A stretch of 50,773 nucleotides of DNA from an uncultured Bacilli bacterium (GTDB lineage: Bacteria > Bacillota_I > Bacilli_A > RF39 > UBA660). Below are positions 45,863 to 50,773 of this stretch, piece by piece; positions within the stretch are counted from its first letter, which is position 1; every line of letters begins with the position of its first letter. The stretch is from contig CANQWJ010000001.1 in NCBI GenBank assembly GCA_947627525.1, positions 1-50,773 of the forward strand. Reading direction: 5' to 3'. The notes below the pieces were generated by a model. That model worked only from the letters and a program-made list of their open reading frames with translations. It was not told the origin of the DNA and searched no databases. The translations under genes and the position numbers were made by a program.

Positions 45863-48800
45863 TTATTTTTTTATTATCCAAAAAGCTGAAGGAGCTTTAT
45901 AACTTGAACCTCTTGTATTATTATCAAAATCATTAAAAGTGTATGTTTTATTATATCGATATGGATCAAGACCAATCATACCAGGATTAGCAATAGTTAA
46001 TTTAGCATCACTAATACTTTTAGAAGTACTAGCATTAGCCATTCCTGTTATAGCAAGATAATGTCCACCACTTGTAAAGGTATGTTGACCTTTAACATCT
46101 TGAACATGAATGACTGCCATACAAGTATTTTTCTTTAAACAATCATATAATTTATCTTTATCTTTATAATACTGGTAAGCAACTTGCGCTTGACCATTAG
46201 GTTGTAACGCACCATATTGATTTAAAAGTTTAGTAACACCACCAAAGGTTGTACCACCAGCTTGACAAGCACCAGCAATATTACAAAGAGATTTTACAGT
46301 ATCAGCTGGTCCGTATCCTGATGTTCCATTAATTGTAGACATAACAATTGCTATTGATGTAGGCGCACATCCAGAATTGTTTATATTTAAGTCAGGATCA
46401 GTACCATATTTTTCTTTATTCCATCTCGTATCAACTTGTGAATAATAAACAACATAATCCATTTCTCTACTCGTTTCTTCTTGATAGAACTGTAAAGTTG
46501 AAATATTACCACTACTATCAATATTGAATAGAACTGTACCATCACCTGAATAATATATATTTTGACTCTTTACGCCTGCATCTAGAACTCTTCTAATAGA
46601 CTCATAATTCTTATGTTTATAAGTTCCATTTGTATTACGAATATTAACATAATGACCAGTAATAGTACCAACAGCATAAGTAGGACTATAAGCTTTTATA
46701 GCATTTAAAGGATTGTTACCTGTAATAGTGTGATGGGACATTTTATAAATATCCATTTTACCATAATCTTTTTTTATTTTATCAGCTATTGAACTTATAA
46801 AACAAGACTTAGGACTAGTATCTGTTCCACAATTACTCTTATTTCCATTAGCATCAATATTATTATCAATATCACCAGAAAAAACAATCTTTTTTCCTTT
46901 AACTGTTGCAACCGCCACAATTGAATTAGCATTTTCATTACAATTTAAGTTCTTCTTGCAAACATCTTGTAAGCCACTATAAGCATCACTAGTATTGTAT
47001 AATTTAAAGTTAAAATCACCAAGAGTTAAAGTATTAACATTATTCTTATAACAATAATTAGTTTTATCATTACCATTACCAGTTCCTAAAGTTTTTGAAT
47101 CACTCCAATTACCTACACAATATATAGTTGTACCATTCTTTTTAGCTTTATCTAAATATAATTTAAAATACTTTGATAAGTTATTACGATAATTATCGAC
47201 ATTACCAGCATCAGTATTTGAAGTTGCACGATCATATTGTTTTAAATATAAACTTTTAATTTTTACACCATCTTTATATATACCTTTTGTATCACTACCA
47301 TAATAAATACCACCATAATGATCAGAATGGTTATGTGTTACTAAAAGCCACTCTAATTCTTTTACACCTAAATCCTGTAGGTATGAAAGAATTCGCCTAT
47401 AAGAATATTGATAATTTTTACCAATATCTATTAAACCATATACATATTTACCATTTTGAGTACTTCTAATTAAAATTGCATCGCCAATGACATAATTACT
47501 ATCTAAAGTACCATCCGTTTTATCAACGTTATCTTGAATGTCCAAGAAAAATATTTTATTACCAGAATTAGATACATATACTGGTATAGACTTACTTTTT
47601 TGACCAACAGTTATCGTTATGTATGTCTTTCCTACTTTTTTAGCTGTTACTACACCATTGTTAACTGTAGCAATACTAGTATTAGCACTTTTCCAAGTAG
47701 CCGCAAGTCCAGGAGCATTAGTTATATCATATTTAACTGTTGGCGTAATTGTTACTGAAGAACCTTTATCTAAAATAACTCTTTCTTTAGATAATGATAT
47801 ACTACTAACTGTTTGTTCTTTAACTTCAACTCTTACACTAGTAGTAACATTGTTATTATCATCTGAAGTTATAGTAATAGTTGCAGTTCCATTGGCTATT
47901 CCTTTTATTACACCACTTGAACTAACAGTTGCTACCTTCGTATTATTACTCTTATATGTTACTTTTTTATTAGTTGCAGTACTTGGATATACTGTTGTCT
48001 TTAAATTAGCTGTTCCATTTTTAGACATTGTTACACTAGTTTTATCAACTTGAATCATTGATACTCTAATTGGTAAAACTTGTATTTTTATAGATGATTT
48101 TAAATTACTACCATCATTTGTACTAGCCGTTATTGTTACTTCCCCTTGACTTTTACCAGTCACAATACCATTTTGACTTACAGTAGCAATATTGTTATTA
48201 CTACTTTCATAGGAAATTGTTTTAGTTGTAGCATCATTAGGAGTAATTGTTGTCGTTAATTGAGTTGTTGTTCCTACTTGAATACTAGAACTATTTGAAC
48301 TTAAAGATATTTTTGTTATTAATTTTGGCGTTACTACTAAACTTAATTTATTTTGTATTCCTGAAGACGAAGTAACATAAATTATTACATTTCCTGGACT
48401 AATACCTTTTACTACTCCTCTATTGTCAACTGTAGCAATGCCATTGTTACTAGATGTATAAGTTATAGTCTTATCAGTAGCATTACTTGGATAAATGGTA
48501 GTAATGACATTCGTTGTATCACCAATTTTTATATTACTATTATTTATTTTGGCATCAATCTTTGTAACAGGTATTATTTTTTCATTAACTTTAACACTTA
48601 CAACATCTGTTTTATTATTATTACTTGATACTGTTATGTTACAATTACCACTCTTAATAGCTGTTACTACACCATCTTTAGAAACTGTAGCAATGTTTTG
48701 ATCACTAGATGTATATGTAACATTTTTATTAGTAGCATTACTTGGATAAATAGTCGTTTGTAAAGACATACTATTACCAGTTTCTAATGTTATAGAATGT

Positions 48801-49828
48801 GGTGATACTTGAATACTACTAACATCAACATTTTTTACTATAACTTTAAAAGTAGCTGTTAAATTTTCTTCTTTAAGTGTCAAAGTAATAGTTGCACTAC
48901 CATCTTTTCTAGCATAAACATTACCATTACTATCAACTGTTGCAACACTATCATCACTACTGGTATATACTATTTTACTTTTTAAATTAGCATCTGGTGA
49001 AACTATTGGATCCAATACATATTTTTCACCAACTTGTAGTGTTTTACTACTTTCAACTAATGTAATACTTCTTTTAACAACTTCTTTTTTAGTTACATTT
49101 ATTTTACATTTAGCCGCCTTTTTACTACCATCTAAAGCTGTTACAGTTATAGTTGCTGTCCCTTCCCCTTTAGCACTCACTTTTCCATTACTATCAACTG
49201 TAACAACACTATCATCACTACTCTCCCAAGAAACTTTTTTATTGGTTGCTGATGAAGGAATAATTCCATATTCTAAATTACTACTTTCGCCAACAAAAAG
49301 ATTTAATTCCGTCGTTTTTAAAACTATTGAATTGACTTTTTCATCAACGACAACTTCTATTTCAGCACTTTCGCCTTCTTCAAGATTATCATATACTTCC
49401 GTTAATTTATCTTTTTTACTAGTAGTAGGTTTTTTATTTGGTTTATTAGAGTTATTAGTATTACTAGATTTAGAATTATCATTAAAGTCATTATACTCAT
49501 CTTTTAATTCCTTAGTGACCGTTATTGTTGCTTTACCCCCGTTTTTAGCAACGACATCACCATTCTTTTTTATTTCAATGACATCATTATCACTTGTTTC
49601 AACATATCCACCATCATTGTTAACATACTCTGTATTACTGAATACTGAACCATTTTCTATATACCATTTAGTTCTTGCTTCTATTTCTTTATTCATTTCA
49701 TATTGATCAAAAAAGACCATACCGACAGATACTACAATGAAGATTCCCAATATTACTAAAGTGATTTTAGCTAATATATTATTATTTCCATTATTTTTAT
49801 CGATCATTGTTCCATTACTATCAAACAT
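45863..49828 (-). CDS. Giant membrane-anchored surface protein: 7 Big_2 Ig-like repeats + metallo-beta-lactamase-fold domain + C-terminal papain-like (C39-like) cysteine peptidase domain
   Basis: 1321 aa. N-terminal TM helix at aa 21-40. Seven repeats of about 85 aa at aa 165-753, with the pattern (Y/T)PSNATNK.(V/I)TY.SS..(S/N)(I/V)ATV...G.V.....G...IT. MBL signature LLVTHNHSDHYGG (aa 828-840) and MSHHT (aa 1030). C-terminal YSQVDTRW..NNSGCAPTSIAIVMS (Cys 1154) and SGGHYLAITG (His 1256). Confidence 0.85.
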   Translation of the reverse strand: MFDSNGTMIDKNNGNNNILAKITLVILGIFIVVSVGMVFFDQYEMNKEIEARTKWYIENGSVFSNTEYVNNDGGYVETSDNDVIEIKKNGDVVAKNGGKATITVTKELKDEYNDFNDNSKSSNTNNSNKPNKKPTTSKKDKLTEVYDNLEEGESAEIEVVVDEKVNSIVLKTTELNLFVGESSNLEYGIIPSSATNKKVSWESSDDSVVTVDSNGKVSAKGEGTATITVTALDGSKKAAKCKINVTKKEVVKRSITLVESSKTLQVGEKYVLDPIVSPDANLKSKIVYTSSDDSVATVDSNGNVYARKDGSATITLTLKEENLTATFKVIVKNVDVSSIQVSPHSITLETGNSMSLQTTIYPSNATNKNVTYTSSDQNIATVSKDGVVTAIKSGNCNITVSSNNNKTDVVSVKVNEKIIPVTKIDAKINNSNIKIGDTTNVITTIYPSNATDKTITYTSSNNGIATVDNRGVVKGISPGNVIIYVTSSSGIQNKLSLVVTPKLITKISLSSNSSSIQVGTTTQLTTTITPNDATTKTISYESSNNNIATVSQNGIVTGKSQGEVTITASTNDGSNLKSSIKIQVLPIRVSMIQVDKTSVTMSKNGTANLKTTVYPSTATNKKVTYKSNNTKVATVSSSGVIKGIANGTATITITSDDNNNVTTSVRVEVKEQTVSSISLSKERVILDKGSSVTITPTVKYDITNAPGLAATWKSANTSIATVNNGVVTAKKVGKTYITITVGQKSKSIPVYVSNSGNKIFFLDIQDNVDKTDGTLDSNYVIGDAILIRSTQNGKYVYGLIDIGKNYQYSYRRILSYLQDLGVKELEWLLVTHNHSDHYGGIYYGSDTKGIYKDGVKIKSLYLKQYDRATSNTDAGNVDNYRNNLSKYFKLYLDKAKKNGTTIYCVGNWSDSKTLGTGNGNDKTNYCYKNNVNTLTLGDFNFKLYNTSDAYSGLQDVCKKNLNCNENANSIVAVATVKGKKIVFSGDIDNNIDANGNKSNCGTDTSPKSCFISSIADKIKKDYGKMDIYKMSHHTITGNNPLNAIKAYSPTYAVGTITGHYVNIRNTNGTYKHKNYESIRRVLDAGVKSQNIYYSGDGTVLFNIDSSGNISTLQFYQEETSREMDYVVYYSQVDTRWNKEKYGTDPDLNINNSGCAPTSIAIVMSTINGTSGYGPADTVKSLCNIAGACQAGGTTFGGVTKLLNQYGALQPNGQAQVAYQYYKDKDKLYDCLKKNTCMAVIHVQDVKGQHTFTSGGHYLAITGMANASTSKSISDAKLTIANPGMIGLDPYRYNKTYTFNDFDNNTRGSSYKAPSAFWIIKK
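47570..49336 (-). repeat. Intragenic tandem array of seven diverged ~255-nt units encoding Big_2 domains
   Basis: Periodicity is visible at the protein level (aa 165-753). The units have diverged, so they are not identical DNA repeats. Confidence 0.8.
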
Positions 49829-49844
49829 ACTACCACCTATTTTG

Positions 49845-49853
49845 ATTATATCA
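49845..49853 (-). promoter_or_regulatory. Extended -10 element TGATATAAT upstream of the giant surface-protein gene
   Basis: The minus strand reads TTATGATATAATCAAAATAGGTGGTAGTATG, so the SD AGGTGG lies only about 6 nt after the -10 element. Confidence 0.5.
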
Positions 49854-49909
49854 TAATAAAAACAAAAATCTTCTTTTTTTAAAGATAATACTTACAAACA
49901 AGTGTAAAA

Positions 49910-50644
49910 TTACTTAAATATCTTCATAAAAATAGTTTGTGACAAAGGTGCTGAATAAATATTTTTATTTCCTTTCTCAATAGCTAAAACAATTTTATAT
50001 ACTATTGAATTTAATTTTTTATATTCAATAAAAGAAAAAAGATCATTAAGTATTCGTCTCGTTTTAAAAGATAATTTATTTTTTTCACCAGAAAGTATCA
50101 TATATTGATTAAAACCTGTTTTATATGCTCCTGGTCTTATTACAATAAACCTATTGTCATTAAAAAGGTTTTCTCTACATAGAGTTTTCATCATAATTTC
50201 AATAGTTGTTTTAGTCATTACATAACTTCCAAAAAATGGTAAAGCATGATTAGCTAACAAAGATGATGTCATAACAACTTTTTTAGGTGAGTTATCTCTT
50301 TTTAGAAATAACTGAATCAATTGTAAATTGGAAAAAACATTAACTTCAAAATTATCTTTAATTGTATCAATATCAACATCCTTTAATAAACCAGTATAAC
50401 CAATACCAGCATGAAGAAATAAAACATCAATATCTATATTATTTATCTTGTCTCGATCTTCTTTAGAAGTAATATCAAGTTTAAATACTTTAGCTGACAA
50501 ATTTAAATAATCTAATTTTTTTTCTAATTCTATAACTTCAGTATTCGTTTTACAAGTCATATAAACATCATGACCTCTATCAGATAAGACACATCCTGTT
50601 AAAAAAGCAATTCCACTACTTGCTCCCGTTATTAAAATTCTCAT
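49910..50644 (-). CDS. Short-chain dehydrogenase/reductase (SDR) family oxidoreductase
   Basis: MRILITGASSGIAF cofactor motif and SYVMTK (YxxxK). Start at ATG 50642..50644. The 43 extra codons in the ORF track are antisense to a tRNA gene. Confidence 0.85.
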   Translation of the reverse strand: MRILITGASSGIAFLTGCVLSDRGHDVYMTCKTNTEVIELEKKLDYLNLSAKVFKLDITSKEDRDKINNIDIDVLFLHAGIGYTGLLKDVDIDTIKDNFEVNVFSNLQLIQLFLKRDNSPKKVVMTSSLLANHALPFFGSYVMTKTTIEIMMKTLCRENLFNDNRFIVIRPGAYKTGFNQYMILSGEKNKLSFKTRRILNDLFSFIEYKKLNSIVYKIVLAIEKGNKNIYSAPLSQTIFMKIFK

Positions 50645-50684
50645 AAAATCACCATTATTAGTATGGTAAATTTTATAAATAATA

Positions 50685-50693
50685 TGATATAAT
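50685..50693 (+). promoter_or_regulatory. Extended -10 element TGATATAAT for the plus-strand tRNA
   Basis: TGATATAAT ends 8 nt before the tRNA 5' end at 50702. Confidence 0.5.
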
Positions 50694-50701
50694 TTACTTA
50701 T

Positions 50702-50773
50702 GCCGATATAGTTTAGTGGTAAAACAGGTCCTTGGTAAGGATCAGAGGCAAGTTCAATTCTCGCTTTCGGCAC
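50702..50773 (+). tRNA. tRNA-Thr (anticodon GGU), truncated by the window edge within the 3' CCA
   Basis: Manual fold: GCCGATA-TA-GTTT-AGTGGTA-AAAC-A-GGTCC-TTGGTAA-GGATC-AGAG-GCAAG-TTCAATT-CTCGC-TTTCGGC-A-C. There is one U-U mismatch in the acceptor stem (6-67) and one A-C mismatch in the T stem. Confidence 0.65.

Noticed and set aside
47570-49336. Periodic repeats that could be mistaken for a CRISPR array or satellite.
   Set aside because: The periodicity is about 255 nt and in-frame within one long ORF. The units are diverged Big_2 protein domains, not short identical repeats with unique spacers. No CRISPR-like repeat-spacer structure was seen anywhere in the window.
50645-50773. N-terminal 43-codon extension of the SDR ORF (MPKARIELASDPYQGPVLPLNYIG...).
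   Set aside because: It is the reverse-strand translation of the tRNA-Thr gene and its promoter. The SDR cofactor-binding motif begins right after the internal ATG at 50644.

Overview
This is a strongly AT-rich window read with the standard genetic code: long ORFs such as pheT and the 1321-aa protein are intact with TGA as stop. It looks like a low-GC, cell-wall-bearing Firmicute (Bacillota) chromosome. About 50 of 52 credible genes lie on the minus strand. Only two small membrane-protein genes (25348..25743, 35952..36308) and a window-edge tRNA are on the plus strand. Recognisable content, left to right: a probable IS end at the left edge; pheST behind a Phe T-box leader; frr; a VanZ-like protein; and an NrtR-headed operon (Nudix/NrtR regulator, histidine phosphatase, NadR-like P-loop/CYTH fusion, MYG1). 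Next come a lipid-acyl module (PlsC, acyl-CoA ligase, PlsC, PaaI thioesterase) and a heterodimeric ABC exporter with one degenerate ATP site. Then a block of orphan genes runs up to tRNA-Arg(CCU); it includes a Tmk-family kinase co-transcribed with three tandem diverged paralogs. After that: a cell-envelope operon (HD protein, VanY-type M15 carboxypeptidase, YfhO), comEA-comEC, a SEDS protein, three tandem GNAT acetyltransferases, tgt plus a TSCPD protein, and dCMP deaminase. More orphan genes follow, then a putative racemase-HIT operon, a structured 330-nt noncoding locus next to tRNA-Met(CAU), a 1321-aa Big_2/MBL/cysteine-peptidase surface protein with a membrane partner, an SDR, and a partial tRNA-Thr(GGU). 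I see no CRISPR array, integrase, recombinase, phage structural gene or recognisable defence gene. The best candidates for something undescribed are the tmk-plus-triplicated-paralog operon, the structured noncoding locus at 44.4-44.7 kb, the racemase-HIT-orphan operon and the giant surface protein. All functional ideas for these are inference from sequence patterns only. No database search was possible, so family names rest on motif recognition and memory.
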